Below, piece after piece: positions 46,461-60,346 of a stretch of DNA of 64,000 bases (positions are counted from its first letter, which is position 1; every line of letters begins with the position of its first letter). A program made the position numbers and the translations under genes. Source of the stretch: Macrostomum lignano (Eukaryota); NCBI GenBank assembly GCA_002269645.1, contig NIVC01002298.1:1-64000 (forward strand), in the 5' to 3' direction. The notes below the pieces were generated by a model. The model worked only from the letters and a program-made list of their open reading frames with translations. It searched no databases and was not told the origin of the DNA.

Positions 46461-46954
46461 GGTCTCACAGAATGCCACTTTAAAAGGCTGACCTCAACTG
46501 CGCCAAACGGGATCGGTCGAGGGTCTCACGCAGGAAGCAGATTATCCACTCGCTCCACAAAATCCCCAAACCCAGCCCAGCTACGGCGTTGAAATCGGAT
46601 TCGCGCAACCCCGGGGAGAAAAGAATAAATTTGAAAAGGGAAATTTTCAGCTGAAAGCTGACACTGTCTGCTCCGGTTGTCCCGGCTTTGGGATCTGCGC
46701 ATTTTCTGCCCCTCGGGCCTGTCAGCGGATTCTGAGAAGATCCAGTTTTCAGCCAAGAGAAAATTGCCTTCCCTAAAACTGCTGTTTTTTGAGTCGCTCT
46801 TTGATTTTAACAAATGTTGCCGCCAAAACGCAGCGATTATTTGCTTGTGTAAGTGCGCGATTACTTGAGCCGGCAGAACATGCAGCATGGAACCTTGGCC
46901 AGTGTTGAGGCTTAAAATGCATACACGCAGTACACAGCCTTTCGCTTTGTTGAA

Positions 46955-47310
46955 TGGGCCGCCGCTACCTCCTTCCAGGGTCCTTTGTTGGGCCGCCGCT
47001 ACCGGTCCTTCAATGTGCCGCCGCTTCTCAACTTCCAGGGTCCTTTATTGGGCCGCCGCTACCTCCTTCCAGGGTCCTTTATTGGGCTGCCGCTACCTCC
47101 TTCCAGGGTCCTTTGTTGGGCCGCCGCTACCTCCTTCCAGGGTCCTTTATTGGGCCGCCGCTTCCTCTTCCAGGGTCCTTCAATGGGCCGCGCATCCATA
47201 CTTCCAGGGTCCTTTATTGGGCTGCTGCCAACTCCTTCTAGGATCCATTAATCGGCCGCCGCTATCTCCTTCCAACGTCCTTTTTGGGCCGCCACGTCCA
47301 AACTTCCTGG
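46955..47310. repeat. ~34-bp degenerate minisatellite (gggccgccgctacctccttccagggtcctttgtt)
   Basis: Direct. Confidence 0.85.
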
Positions 47311-47490
47311 GTCCTTCAGCGGTGCAGCTCCTGTGCTAGTCTGGACCCAATAAGGCAGAATTGTAGATTTTACAGCCACCCTTGTAAGCGGCAGAGACCA
47401 GACTGGCTGCAACTCCTGCATACAGGACCGCAGCAGCTGCACTCCGCCATCATTCGGCCCAGCCTCCAGCCCTTCATCAGCCCGGCTCGG

Positions 47491-47615
47491 CCAATGCGGT
47501 GTGAGGCGGCGGCGGCGCTCCTGTCAGTGCCCTCTCCCAGTGCAGTCTGCAGCAGCTGCCGGGCCAATGGCCGCCCAGCCTCCGCGCCAAGCCCCATCGC
47601 GGTGCCGGCTATAAA
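47491..47615 (+). promoter_or_regulatory. bHLH-1 proximal promoter: CCAAT (47491, 47564), TATAAA (47610)
   Basis: Consensus motifs ~100 bp upstream of the ATG. Confidence 0.55.
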
Positions 47616-47712
47616 GAGCCCGCCGGGGCCGCCCCTCAGCCTCCCAGATTTTTCATTGCCTTAGAAAAATCCAACTAAACTTCTTATCAGAATTCCTTAC
47701 AATCTCCGGAGA

Positions 47713-48459
47713 ATGTCTTCCCAATGGTCATGGACCGGCATCCCTGAGCAGCAGCAGCAGCAGGGGTTCCATAACCAACAGGACGGTCTCTACCAGTGGC
47801 CCTCCGCTACCGACTTTCCCGTTGACGTCCTCGACCAGCTGCCGTTGATGCAGCCGCCTCCAGCGCCAGAGAAGCGTCAGAGAAAGCGCCGACAGCAGCC
47901 GCAGCCGCAGCAGCAGCAGCAAAAGCAACAGAAAAAGCAGCAGCGAAAGCAACAGCAGACAAATCCGCAGCAGAAGCAGCAGGCGGGCCTGAGCCAGGTC
48001 GAGCGCCAGGCGGCCAACCAGCGCGAGCGGGAGAGGATGCACGTACTGTCCAGGGAGTACCACCGGCTCAAGCTCGCCCTGCCCAACATCCCGCCCGACA
48101 CGAAGCTGTCCAAGCTGGACACCCTGCGGCTGGCGGCTCGGTACATCCGGCATCTGACCGAACTGCTCCGGCAGGATGACGACGGCGCAGACAGCAGCGG
48201 CTTCCAAGCCGACGATGAGGCGGTTGAGAACGCTGAGAATTTGAAGCCTGCGCTTGAGCAGCAGCAGGTGGTGCCCTGGAGCTTCGCCAGAACCGCCGAT
48301 CATCACGGTGGTCGAAGGCTCGCAGCGGCCGCGCCAGCCCCGGCACCGACAAGCCGAGGAGGAGGAGGCCGCCGAAGTGACGGCAGCTCCAGCAGCGCGG
48401 CGGACGCATCTGGCCTGAGCTGCGGCTGCTGCGAGCTGTCCGGCCAGTGCTTCGACTGA
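47713..48459 (+). CDS. bHLH transcription factor, MyoR/TCF21 (musculin/capsulin)-like, poly-Q
   Basis: [51 protein letters not shown]; the downstream VVPWSF resembles the TCF21/MSC TWPF motif. Confidence 0.9.
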   Translation: MSSQWSWTGIPEQQQQQGFHNQQDGLYQWPSATDFPVDVLDQLPLMQPPPAPEKRQRKRRQQPQPQQQQQKQQKKQQRKQQQTNPQQKQQAGLSQVERQAANQRERERMHVLSREYHRLKLALPNIPPDTKLSKLDTLRLAARYIRHLTELLRQDDDGADSSGFQADDEAVENAENLKPALEQQQVVPWSFARTADHHGGRRLAAAAPAPAPTSRGGGGRRSDGSSSSAADASGLSCGCCELSGQCFD

Positions 48460-48689
48460 CTGTCGAGCGCTCGTGTTGCTGCCATTGTACAGTCCGTTTG
48501 CTCACCTGTTTGTTGCCATTCGCTTGGATACACGCACTGTAATATAAACTGTTAAATAGTAGATCTTTAATGTGCATTTCCCATGCTTTCAAAAACTGCT
48601 TTTTTATTTTGTTTCTTTACAGCTGCTTTGAAGAGCGCGGCTATAGTAGACAGATTATTAGATGCGAAGAACTATACGAAACGGAGTGG

Positions 48690-49935
48690 GACTAGATCAG
48701 CTTCTAAGAGAGACTAGATCAGATTCCAAGAGAGACTGGATCAGATTCTAAGAGAGACTAGATGAGGCTCTAAGACTTCGGTAGATGAGGTTTTAAGAAA
48801 GACTAGATAAGGCTCTAAGAGAGACTAGATGAGGTTTTAAGAGAGACCTGATTAGATTTTCTACTAGATCAGATTCTAAGAGAGACTAGATCAGATTCTA
48901 AGAGAGACTAGATCAGATTCCAAGAGAGACTAGATCAGATTCTAAGAGAGACTAGATCATATTCGAGGAGAGACTAGATCAGATTCCAAGAGAGACTAGA
49001 TCAAATTCCAAGAGAGACTAGATCAAATTCAAGGAGAGACTAGAGAAGATTCGAAGAGAGACTAGATCAGATTTTCTAAGAGAGACTAGATCAGATTCTA
49101 AGAGAGACTAGATCAGATTCCAAGAGAGACTAGATGAGGTTCTAAGAGAGACTTGATAAGATTTTCTAAGAGAGACTAGATAAGATTCTAAGAGAGACTA
49201 GATCAGATTCCAAGAGAGACTAGATGAGGTTCTAAGAGAGACTTGATAAGATTTTCTAAGAGAGACTAGATAAGATTCTCAGAGAGACTAGATCAGATTC
49301 TAAGAGAGACTAGATCAGATTCTAAGAGAGACTAGATCAGATTCTAAGAGAGACTAGATCAGATTCTAAGAGAGACTAGATCAGATTCTAAGAGAGACTA
49401 GATCAGATTCCAAGAGAGACTAGATCAGATTCTAAGAGAGACTAGATCATATTCGAGGAGAGACTAGATCAGATTCCAAGAGAGACTAGATCAAATTCCA
49501 AGAGAGACTAGATCAAATTCAAGGAGAGACTAGAGAAGATTCGAAGAGAGACTAGATCAGATTTTCTAAGAGAGACTAGATCAGATTCTAAGAGAGACTA
49601 GATCAGATTCCAAGAGAGACTAGATGAGGTTCTAAGAGAGACTTGATAAGATTTTCTAAGAGAGACTAGATAAGATTCTAAGAGAGACTAGATCAGATTC
49701 CAAGAGAGACTAGATGAGGTTCTAAGAGAGACTTGATAAGATTTTCTAAGAGAGACTAGATAAGATTCTCAGAGAGACTAGATCAGATTCTAAGAGAGAC
49801 TAGATCAGATTCTAAGAGAGACTAGATCAGATTCTAAGAGAGACTAGATCAGATTCTAAGAGAGACTAGATCAGATTCTAAGAGAGACTAGATCAGATTC
49901 CAAGAGAGACCTGATTCGATTTTCTAAGAGAGACG
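48690..49935. repeat. 22-bp minisatellite (ctagatcagattctaagagaga) with a larger internal duplication
   Basis: Direct. Confidence 0.95.
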
Positions 49936-50384
49936 AGACAAGAGACTAGCGAGAGGAGAGTAACCAAGCCAATGATTTTACCCAGCAAAATTGTGTTTGG
50001 TACACAGATTAAAATAAACGAAGTAATTAATAGGCGTTGGGCTCCGTGAATTGGGCCAGTGATGGGCAGAAATAATTTTTTCACGCACCCGCTGCCGCAA
50101 GGTGGCTTCAATCGCCTCTCGGGCGTGACGCAGTGGCCCCCTCGTTATGCCGCGAGTTCGAAAGGCGGGCAGCTGCGGGCTTCCCCGCTGCGGTCGTGGG
50201 CGAAACTCCCAGCGGGTGCTTTAAGAGGAGGGGCTCCCGACCCCCTCAGAACTGGCGGATATTGGGGACTGGGGTTGATCTCTGCGCAGCCCCGTATGTC
50301 CGTCTTGGAACTGCTGGGTGGCTTTTCTGTCTGTCTGGTACAGTCTCTGTCTCAGCGTATGTGTCTGTTGTACTGTATTTCTGT

Positions 50385-50627
<243 letters not shown>

Positions 50628-51059
50628 CGCTGTGTCCTGTGTGCATCCGCAGGCCGCAGCAAACTAACCTTCAAGTACGATTTCCCTTTTATCTCTGGTC
50701 AATTACCATCGCTCCACCTGCTCCCCGCCGCCAGCCCTTCAGCCTCAAGAATCACAAGTCTTTAATGACGCAAATCTCCTCTATCTGAAGCCTCGCCAAT
50801 ATCGAAATTGAAATTGCGGGCCTATAAATCATCCGGGCAGGCAGCTGGAGCTGGAGAGCAGGTGGTGGCGGCTCAGAAATGCTGATAATGCATTTGGCCC
50901 GGTTCTGCTTTAGTAAAGCTGGCGACGATTTGCTGGGATGAAGCATTCTCTGTCAGCGAATGCATTACTGTTCTGTGTGTGTGCGAACTGATGGGAGCGC
51001 TGAATTACAGTGCTGATAGGGAAGATGACAGCCAGCAAGATTATTTATGTTAGGGGATA

Positions 51060-51445
51060 GACGGAGAGAGGGGAGATAAGAGAGAGGGGAGATGAGATAG
51101 CGGAGATGAGAGAGCGGAGATGAGATAAGGGAGATGGGAGAGGAGAGACGAGAGATGAGAGACGGGAGATGAGAGAGGGGAAATGAGAGAGGGAAGATGA
51201 GAGAGGGGAGATGAGAGAGCGGAGATGAGAGAGCGGAGATGAGAGAGCGGAGATGAGAGAGGTGAGATGAGAGAGGGGAGATGAGTGAGGGGAGATGAGA
51301 GAGCGGAGATGAGAGAGGGGAGATGAGAGAGGAGAGATGAGAGAGCGGAGATGAGAGAGCGGAGATAAGAGAGGGGAGATGAGAGAGGGGAGATGAGAAA
51401 GCGGAGATGAGAGAGCGGAGATGAAAGAAGGGAGACGAGAGAGAT
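51060..51445. repeat. GA-rich ~14-bp repeat
   Basis: Direct. Confidence 0.9.
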
Positions 51446-52134
51446 AAGGGCTTGTAATTTGAAGCCTAATTAATTGCATCCTGTCATAGGAGGCCTCGGT
51501 ACTCACACAAGCCGTCAGCACAGACCAACAGGCTAACACGAACCGAGGAGGGAATATAAAAATCCTTATTTCGATAAATTCTAAGGATTTAAAACAGGAA
51601 ATTTTTGTCAGGAAAGTCAAATCCCGTGCGAATTTCGTTGAGAAGAACGCAGTGACGATTCGGCCAGAGGGTCCAGGCAAGAAAGCCGAGGCCGCCTTCT
51701 CCTGCTTTCAGGTATTTCATAGGCAGCGCTGAGGCATTCCAGGAATTTATTGGGCCGCCCCAGCCTCCGGTGGAATGCGAGCCCTCAGCCCCCTGTCAGG
51801 CGGACAGAATCGGGGCTTCCTTGAGAATTTCTCAGCGTCAGCTGCCCAGAGCTGACGGCGGAGCCAAGAGCACCTGGCGCATTCGCGGACAACTCCTTTC
51901 TTAATAAATCCCGTCTCTTCTTCAACAAACATTTTCCTGTCCGACAGTGATGACCCAAGTCCAAGCCAAGAAGCCAAGATGCCCATCCTTCATCAGTTCC
52001 TGTTGGTGCAGCAAACATTTTCGGGATTGAAAAACCTGTTTTAGCAGCAAGCGAAGAGGCAAGGCAGTCCCACACACGCTCACGCAGTGTGTACTTGCGT
52101 GGCTCTTGACTTTCTCTTTGCGCATCTCTCCTCG

Positions 52135-52995
52135 TGAGGGAGAGATGAGAGTGAGCGAGAGATGAGAGTAGAGATGAGAGTGAGGGAGACATGAGAGTGA
52201 GCGAGAGATGAGAGTGAGGGAGAGATGAGAGTAAGGGAGAGAAGAGAGTGAGGGAGAGATGAGAGTAAGGGAGAGATGAGAGTGAGGGAGAGAAGAGAGT
52301 GAGGGAGAGATGAGAGTAAGGGAGAGATGAGAGTGAGGGAGAGATGAGAGTGAGGGAGAGATGAGAGTGAGGGAGAGATGAGAGTGAGGAAGAGATGAGA
52401 GTGAGGAAGAGATGAGAGTGAGGGAGAGATGAGAGTGAGGGAGAGATGAGAGTGAGCGAGAGATGAGAGTGAGGGAGAGATGAGAGTGAGGGAGAGATGA
52501 GAGTGAGGGAGAGATGAGAGTGAGGGAGAGATGAGAGTGAGGGAGAGATGAGAGTGAGGGAGAGATGAGAGTGAGGGAGAGATGAGAGTGAGGGAGAGAT
52601 GAGAGTGAGGGAGAGATGAGAGTGAGGGAGAGATGAGAGTGAGGGAGAGATGAGAGTGAGCGAGAGATGAGAGTGAGGGAGAGATGAGAGTGAGGGAGAG
52701 ATGAGAGTGAGGGAGAGATGAGAGTGAGGGAGAGATGAGAGTGAGGGAGAGATGAGAGTGAGGGAGAGATGAGAGTGAGGGAGAGATGAGAGTGAGGGAG
52801 AGATGAGAGTAGAGATGAGAGTGAGGGAGAGATGAGAATAGAGATGAGAGTGAGGGAGACATGAGAATAGAGATGAAAGTGAGGGAGACATGAGACTAGA
52901 GATAAGAGTGAGAAAGAGACTAGATTGAGAAAGAAATAACAGTGAGATAGAGTTGAGAGTGACATAGAGACTAGAGTGAGATAGAGATGAGAGTG
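52135..52995. repeat. GA-rich 17-bp repeat (gagatgagagtgaggga)
   Basis: Direct. Confidence 0.92.
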
Positions 52996-53777
52996 GGGGA
53001 GAGATATGAATGGGAGACAAGAATGTCAGAGAGAAGACCCTCATATGCTCAGGTGCAACTGCCAAGGAAAATATTCGATAGCATGATGGGTGAGCCAGCC
53101 TCGAGCGCCTATCAAATTCCCAGCGAAAATATTCGAAGCTCGATGGCTGTTGGCTTGTAAAAGCGGCTCCAAATGCAGCCATAAAAATATTGCTGCATTA
53201 ACCATAAAAACATTTTGGCGGCTGGGGATCAGGAAATTGCAGCTGGCGAAGGTCTGTCTCGATCTGCCTGCGTGATTAATGAGGCCACCGACCCCGTGTC
53301 CATCTCCTGCACCCCTCAGCAGCGCCTGTCAGGTGTTCACTTCCGGGGGGAATGCGGGCTGGGGGGTGGCGGGCGATATTTTCAAAGCCCACGGACAACA
53401 ATAACTTGACTTTGCAGCAGCTGACGCAATCAGCTCAGGCTAATTTTTTCAGGGAATGTCACTTGTCTCGGAGGAGTGAGGGGGATTTCTGCTTGATCTT
53501 CCTGTAGTTTCTTCCTTCAAGATTGGAATTTGACAAATTCCTTTGAGCCTTTCTGTTCGCGTGCCAGCGTCTTCTGCCTGGCCGCCATTTCAGCAGCCGC
53601 TCTCTGCTGTGCGAAATTTTCCAATGCTTGATGATGAATGAAGAAATTCGAACTTTTTTGCACCTTCATTGTGCTCGGATATGTCTGTCCTCAGGATGGA
53701 GTAAGGATTGAGAGAGAGAAAGTTGGGAGTAGAGTGGAATTTAATGATAGTTAAGAGATGAGAGGGAGATAGATACT

Positions 53778-53961
53778 CCCACGGCTCATCCAGTTCCTTC
53801 GGGCGACAAGACGTAAGATCACGCTGCAGGATGGATGGACCGGCGGACCACCCTGACCGGCCCCAAGCCTCTGCCTGTCTGCGGGCCTTCTGGGGCTGGC
53901 GGAATGGGCGACCCTCGCCTCCCCTCTGTGTCTACGGACCACCCCGCAGCTAAGTCAAGTA
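53778..53961 (+). mobile_element. ~185-bp 3' stub of a related LOA LINE with TSD
   Basis: RLIQFLRATRR...TGGPP (cf. QLMRYLRATRR...TGGPP), gcggaatgggc, gcagctaagtcaagta tail; 15-bp TSD with one mismatch (53763-53777 / 53962-53976). Confidence 0.85.
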
Positions 53962-54902
53962 AGGGAGATATATACTAGAGTGAGATAGTGATAAGAGGGA
54001 GATAGAGATTAAAATGAGATGGAGATGAGAGGGAGATAGAAACTAGAGGGCGATGGAGATGGGAGGGAGATGGAGACTAGAGGGAGACAGAGGCTAGAGT
54101 GAGATAGAGATGGGAGGTAGATAATGACTAAAGAGAGATATAGACTAGAGGGAGATAGATATGGGAGGGAGATAGAGATAGAGAGATAGAGATAGAGATG
54201 AGAAGGAAGGATAGATGAGAGTGACGGAGGGGTGAGAGTGAGATAGAGATGAAAGGGAGATAGAGATTAGAGTGAGAGATGACCCTAGTCAAATGCTATG
54301 AGAGATTCGATAGCTCACTAAATTTATCCAGCCACAAGCAATGATCAGCAGCCAATACATGACAAAACAAACGTGAATTCGGTTCAGCCTTGGCACAGCG
54401 CTCCGGAATTACCCACTCTCGTGACGGACAGCTCCATGTTGCATTGTTTTTTCTTCATAAACTCGTGCCCGTATAGCGAGCTGTGCGCAAGTTTCCTCTC
54501 AAGGTGTGCCTCATCTTTGACACCCAGAACTGGCCTGACTGACTCCACAGCACTGGGGCAGGTCTGTCTGCACTGCACCCCCCCCCCCTGGGGTCCCTGT
54601 GCAATGCCTCATTAGTGCCTCACGGGGCGCTGGGCCTCACAGCCTGATTCTAAATAGGAAAAAATCAATTCATTACTGCACGCTGATTTTGTCAGCAAAG
54701 CAAACTCAGCAGGCAGCTGTTGATGATGCCAGGTCGCGGGTTCGATTCTATACAGTCTCCTCTAATTACTGGCGTAGCGAAATTTTCGGAATCCCAACAA
54801 TTCAACAGTAATTAAGTCGTAAAAAGAAATTATTAACACAATCTAAAATTAGAATTTGAAGGAGACTGAACTTGAATTTCGCTGAAGCTAATGGGTGCGC
54901 TC

Positions 54903-55110
54903 TTGTGACAGTGTGTGCTTGTGACAGTGTGTGCTTGTGACAGTGTGTGCTTGTGACAGTGTGTGCTTGTGACAGTGTGTGCTTGTGACAGTGTGTGCTT
55001 GTGACAGTGTGTGCTTGTGACAGTGTGTGCTTGTGACAGCGTGTGCTTGTGACAGTGTGTGCTTGTGACAGTGTGTGCATGTGACAGTGTGTGCTTGTGA
55101 CAGTGTGTGC
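54903..55110. repeat. 16-bp repeat (tgtgacagtgtgtgct)
   Basis: Direct. Confidence 0.95.
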
Positions 55111-55699
55111 CAGGTTTTTTCAGACGCTGAGATACTCAGGATGCCAAGTTAGCGCTAAAAAGGCTGCATAAAAACTTCCTGTCATATCAGGCAGCATTCG
55201 CTTTAATTAGCTTTTCGAAGTAGTATACCCCGAATTTTATTTAAGACAAACAAAGACAAAAAGGCAAATTTTTTTAGTTTTAAATGCAAAACGAATCTAA
55301 ACTTTGGCTATTTTTATTGGTGAATGTAAACAAAATGAAAATAATTGTAACACGCAAACTCGATTTCATACTACTTACAGCGATATCAAGCGAAAAGTTG
55401 TTGAAATAGAATACGAACAGAAAAAATGCGAAGGAAAATACGAAGTAGAAAATATTTGATGTGACAAAAATGAATCTAACAGGGAAAATCACAAAAGCAG
55501 CACCAAAAATGAGGAAAAATTCTAAACTGAAACGCTCTGAAGGATAATAAAATCGATTGCTTAAAACGCTTGCGCTGCATTGTGATTGAAATTCGATGGA
55601 GAAGAATGATTGCCGGACTCAATGTGATCCGAGTGACTGCAGCCTTGCCTGCGGGCCTGCGTCACGATGGACTCCTGCTCTGGAGGGAGAGGTGGAGAA

Positions 55700-56300
55700 A
55701 TGGGGAGAGAAGTAGATATAATGGGGTAGAGGTAGATAGGGGGAGAGGTAGATAAGGGGGTAGATAGGGGGAGAGGTAGATAAGGGGAGAGGTAGATAGG
55801 GGGAGGTAGATATGGGGAGAGGTAGATAAGGGGAGGTAGATAGGGGGAGAGGTAGATAGGGGAGAGGTAGATAGGGGGAGGTAGATAGGGGGTGAGGTAG
55901 ATAAGGGGAGAGGTAGATAGGGGGAGAGGTAGATAGAGGGAGAGTAGATAGGGGGAGAGGTAGATAGAGGGAAAGGTAGATAGAGGGAGAGGTAGATAGA
56001 GGGAAAGGTAGATAGAGGGAGAGGTATATAGGGAGGAGGTAGATGGAGGGAGAGGTAGATAGCGGGAGAGGTAGATAGCGGGAGAGGTAGGTAGGGGAGA
56101 GTTAGATAGGTGGAAATGTTAGATAGAAGAAGAGGTAGGGAGAGGTAGATAAATAGGGTGAGGAAGACAGCTTAAAAGATAGGTAGATGGATGGGGGAGA
56201 GGTAGATGGATTAGGGGAGAGTTAGATAGATGGGGAGAGGTAGATGGATTAGGGGAGAGTTAGATAGATGGGGAGAGGTAGACAGATTAAGGGAGGGGTT
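55700..56300. repeat. Degenerate ggggagaggtagata repeat
   Basis: Direct. Confidence 0.88.
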
Positions 56301-56418
56301 AATCAATGGGGATAAAGTGAAGACTGTCTTGCATGTGTTCCATGCCAATCAATCGCAGAGAGAGAAACCCAACCTGAACAGCATCAGCCGAGATGTCAGC
56401 GTCATTCTGGATTCAGCC

Positions 56419-56916
56419 TCAGTGCCGGTGCTGCCGCTTAGCCGGCGGCTCCTGGCCATCGTCAGCTCCCCCGTCGGCTTCTCGCTGATGCCGCTGCAGC
56501 AGCTCAGTCAGATGCCGGATGTACCGGGTCGCCAGCCGCAGGGTGTCCAACTTGGAAAGTTTGGTCTCCGGCGAGATGTTGGGCAGGGCGAGCTTGAGCC
56601 GCTGGTAGCCGCTGGCCAGGACTCGCATCCGCTCCCGCTCGCGCTGGTTGGCCAGCTGCCTCTCGGAGTCTCGGAGCCGCTTCCGGCTTTTCTGCTGCCG
56701 CTGCTGTTGCTGTTGTTGTTGCTGTTGCTGCTGCTGCTGCATGTGTTGTTGCTGCTGCTCAAACAAGTGCCGAATCCGCACCCATTCAAGCAAAGCTGGT
56801 GACGGTGGCGGCTGCAGCGACTGGTGGTGCTGATGAAGCCAGGTTGCTTGTTGTTGATGTTGCTGATGATGCTCTTTGCCGTGCTGCGGGTCCATTGTCT
56901 GATTTTGCAGTGTCAC
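56419..56916 (-). CDS. bHLH transcription factor, paralog of 47713 (MyoR/TCF21-like), poly-Q/H
   Basis: [51 protein letters not shown]. Confidence 0.9.
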   Translation of the reverse strand: MTLQNQTMDPQHGKEHHQQHQQQATWLHQHHQSLQPPPSPALLEWVRIRHLFEQQQQHMQQQQQQQQQQQQQRQQKSRKRLRDSERQLANQRERERMRVLASGYQRLKLALPNISPETKLSKLDTLRLATRYIRHLTELLQRHQREADGGADDGQEPPAKRQHRH

Positions 56917-57604
56917 AGGCTTCGAAAATGATTGATTGTTGTAATTTGGGTTCTGTGTGTGTGTGTGTGTGTGTGTGAAGAGATAGAATTTATCCTCTGA
57001 GCGATGGAGCGGGGCGTCTGTGGTGGGGTTGGTCCGTGAAGGCCAGCCATTGGCTGCGACCTACCTGGACAGCCCTCTCTCTCTCTCTCAGAGGTATCGC
57101 GCGATGGGGTCATCGCATTCGGACAGTGCAACAGGTCCCGTGCTGGCGCTTGTGAATTGAATCTGGGATTAGAATTCGACTGCAAGCTCTTTGTTTGAGT
57201 GAAATAATAACAATTATTAGTGAATGTTTCAAAGAAGAGTTTGAGAGAGGGGCTAAGAAAGAGAAGCTAACAGAGAAGCTAAGAGAGAGAGGCTAGAGAG
57301 AAACTAAGAGAGATGCCAAGAGAGAGATGCTAAGAGAGACATGTTAAGATAGAGATTCTAAGAGAGAGTAGTTAAGATATAGATGCTGAGAGAGAAGCTT
57401 AGAGAGAGTGGGGCTAAGAGATAGATGCTAAGAGAGAGATGCTAAGCGCGGAGAGAGGCTGAGAGAGAGGCTAGGTGAGAGAGAATTTGATGTTCAGATG
57501 TGCTGAAGATCCAGCTGGAACACAAAGAGATCCAAAAGCCAGGTAAAACGGAAGCGTCCGTTGCTTGCCTGGCACTTTGAAATCTTCACGGTTTGGATTG
57601 TTTT

Positions 57605-58525
57605 TGCTTGCATGGAGCGGGCGGATTGGAGCGGATGGGGCGGATTGGCGAGGATTGGAGAGGATTGGAGAGGATTGGAGAGGATGGGGCGGGTTGGAGC
57701 GGATGGGGCGGATTGGAGGGGATGGGGCGGATTGGCGAGAATTGGAGAGGATTGGAGAGGATGGGGCGGATGGGGCGGATTGGAGAGGATTGGAGAGGAT
57801 TAGAGAGGATTTGAGAGGATTGGAGAGGATTAGAGAGGATTGGAGAGGATTGGAGAGGATTGGAGAGGATGGGGCGGATGGGGCGGATTGGAGAGGATTG
57901 GAGAGGATTAGAGAGGATTGGAGAGGATTGGAGAGGATTGGAGAGGATTAGAGAGGATTGGAGAGGATTGGAGAGGATTAGAGAGGATTGGAGAGGATTG
58001 GAGAGGATTGGAGAGGATGGGGCGGATTGGAGAGGATTGGAGAGGATTGGAGAGGATGAGGCGGATTGGAGAGGATTGGAGAGGATGGGGCGGATTGGAG
58101 AGGATTAGAGAGGATTGGAGAGGATTGGAGAGGATTGGAGAGGATGGGGCGGATTGGAGAGGATTGGAGAGGATTGGAGAGGATGGGGCGGATTGGAGAG
58201 GATGGGGCGGATTGGAGAGGATTGGAGAGGATTGGAGAGGATGGGGCGGATTGGAGAGGATTGGAGAGGATTGGAGAGGATGAGGCGGATTGGAGAGGAT
58301 TGGAGAGGATGAGGCGGATTGGAGAGGATTGGAGAGGATTGGAGAGGATGAGGCGGATTGGAGAGGATTGGAGAGGATGGGGCGGATTGGAGAGGAATGG
58401 AGAGGATTGGAGAGGATTGGAGAGGATGGGGCGGTTTGGAGCGGATGTGGCAGATTGGAGAGGATTGGAGCGGATGGGCGGTTTGGGGCGTGTTGGAGCG
58501 GATGGGGCGGATTGGAGCGGATGGG
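57605..58525. repeat. 10-bp repeat family (ggattggaga / ggatggggc)
   Basis: Direct. Confidence 0.92.
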
Positions 58526-59166
58526 TGGATTTTAGCACTGCCTTACCGGATTTAAACGAAGCATAAGGTAGCGGTCAAAAATGAGCAAATGCTCTAAAAA
58601 AGTGGTAGCCCTAAACCCCACTCGAGTGGCATCCCGCTGGGTGCATCTCGCTTCGATCGGTCAGCCCCTCTATCTCACTTTCACACCTAACAAGCAGTCC
58701 GGTCCCAAGTCCGCTCGGTTCGGCCCTCACATTTTAGGATCAACTGCTCCGAGCAAAGCCCCAAACCATGGAGATGCCCGCCCCCCGCTGTTCGAAGCTG
58801 GCTTTAGCGCATTTTGGTTCAACAGATGCTCGCAGATTTTCGAGGCGTTTTGGACTGGGCCGCGCGGCACCCCGCCGAGACCTGCCAATCTGGCAGTGAG
58901 CTGCCGGAGCCTTCCGAGACCCCTGCGCCTCTCCGGTTCGCCAGGATTGGTTTGTTGCTGGGCCTGCTCGGACCTGCCGGAGGTTAAACCGAAATTTTCC
59001 CAAAAAGTTTTCCAAACCTCCAAATAGCTGGCAGAGATGAGTCCTTATCAGAGCGTTCACACCTTGCGTGCGACAGTTTGGGGACGGCTGTTTACGGGTG
59101 AAAATGTTGCTTGTGTCACCTCAACACGACTGCCGCGTGCTTGCTATTTAGTTTTAAATATTTCTT

Positions 59167-59656
<490 letters not shown>

Positions 59657-60022
59657 CAGATAGTTAAAAGTTCGCATCGGTAAGAAATCAATCTTGCTAC
59701 TTCAAGTAGGGCAATACACAAGTCTTTTATTTCAAAGTTATCCCAAAATTTTGGAGTGCAGTAAAAGTTGAAATCGAAACTCTGCATCCCATCCTGCCCA
59801 GGAAGCGGCCTCATCCGAGGACTCTCATACAGCACGGAGCTCTCCAAGCGGACGCCAGATGACGGTCAGCATCACATCCTGAAAATCCTGCTGTTCTCAG
59901 CCCACAAGCCAATCCTGCGGACTCCTCCAATTGAGTTTTTTTATAGAGGGATGAAATTTTTTCTGAGTCCCAATCTTTCCTCATCTCTTTCCCTCATCTT
60001 GTTCCTCTTCGGCCCACCCGAG

Positions 60023-60051
60023 GCAAACACTGGCTTGGTAACCATGGCAAC
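60023..60051 (+). promoter_or_regulatory. Forkhead motif GCAAACA (60023) + RFX X-box GTAACCATGGCAAC (60038) upstream of nanchung
   Basis: Matches RYMAAYA and GTHNYY-AT-RRNAAC; ~170 bp upstream of the ATG. Confidence 0.7.
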
Positions 60052-60218
60052 AGCGATCGATGCCCCGCGAGTGGACTCAGTTTGCAGCCACCCCCGCCCC
60101 GCAGCAAGCAGATGAAGCAATTAAACAAGCCGCAGCCGCCTCCCACACGAAAGCCTGAGTTGGTAACTGCCTTCCCAGTCCGAGAAGTTTTCCCGCGTGC
60201 TAATCTGTGACTGCGGCA

Positions 60219-60315
60219 ATGGGCAACAACCAGCCCAACATCCAGTCCTCGGTCAAGGAGCAGACCGACAACAAGGCGTTCAAGGCCTACAGATTTGTTG
60301 ACCTGACTGGCGGAG
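60219..60315 (+). CDS. nan: Nanchung/OCR-type TRPV channel, exon 1
   Basis: MGNNQPNIQSSVKEQ...AYRFVDLTGGG (cf. Nanchung MGN..SN..SGVKKQ...LYKFVNLKGGG); g|gtgag donor, phase 1. Confidence 0.85.
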
Positions 60316-60346
60316 GTGAGCCGCTGATGAATGCTCCATTGCATAG

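Noticed and set aside
50050-50270. GC-rich structured segment, possible HDV-like ribozyme or LINE 5' end
   Set aside because: Could not build P1/P3/L3 pairings by eye; needs a covariance-model search.
51550-52130. Coding-looking minus-strand stretch
   Set aside because: No recognisable motif or consistent splice sites; the long ORFs come from the adjacent GA repeat.
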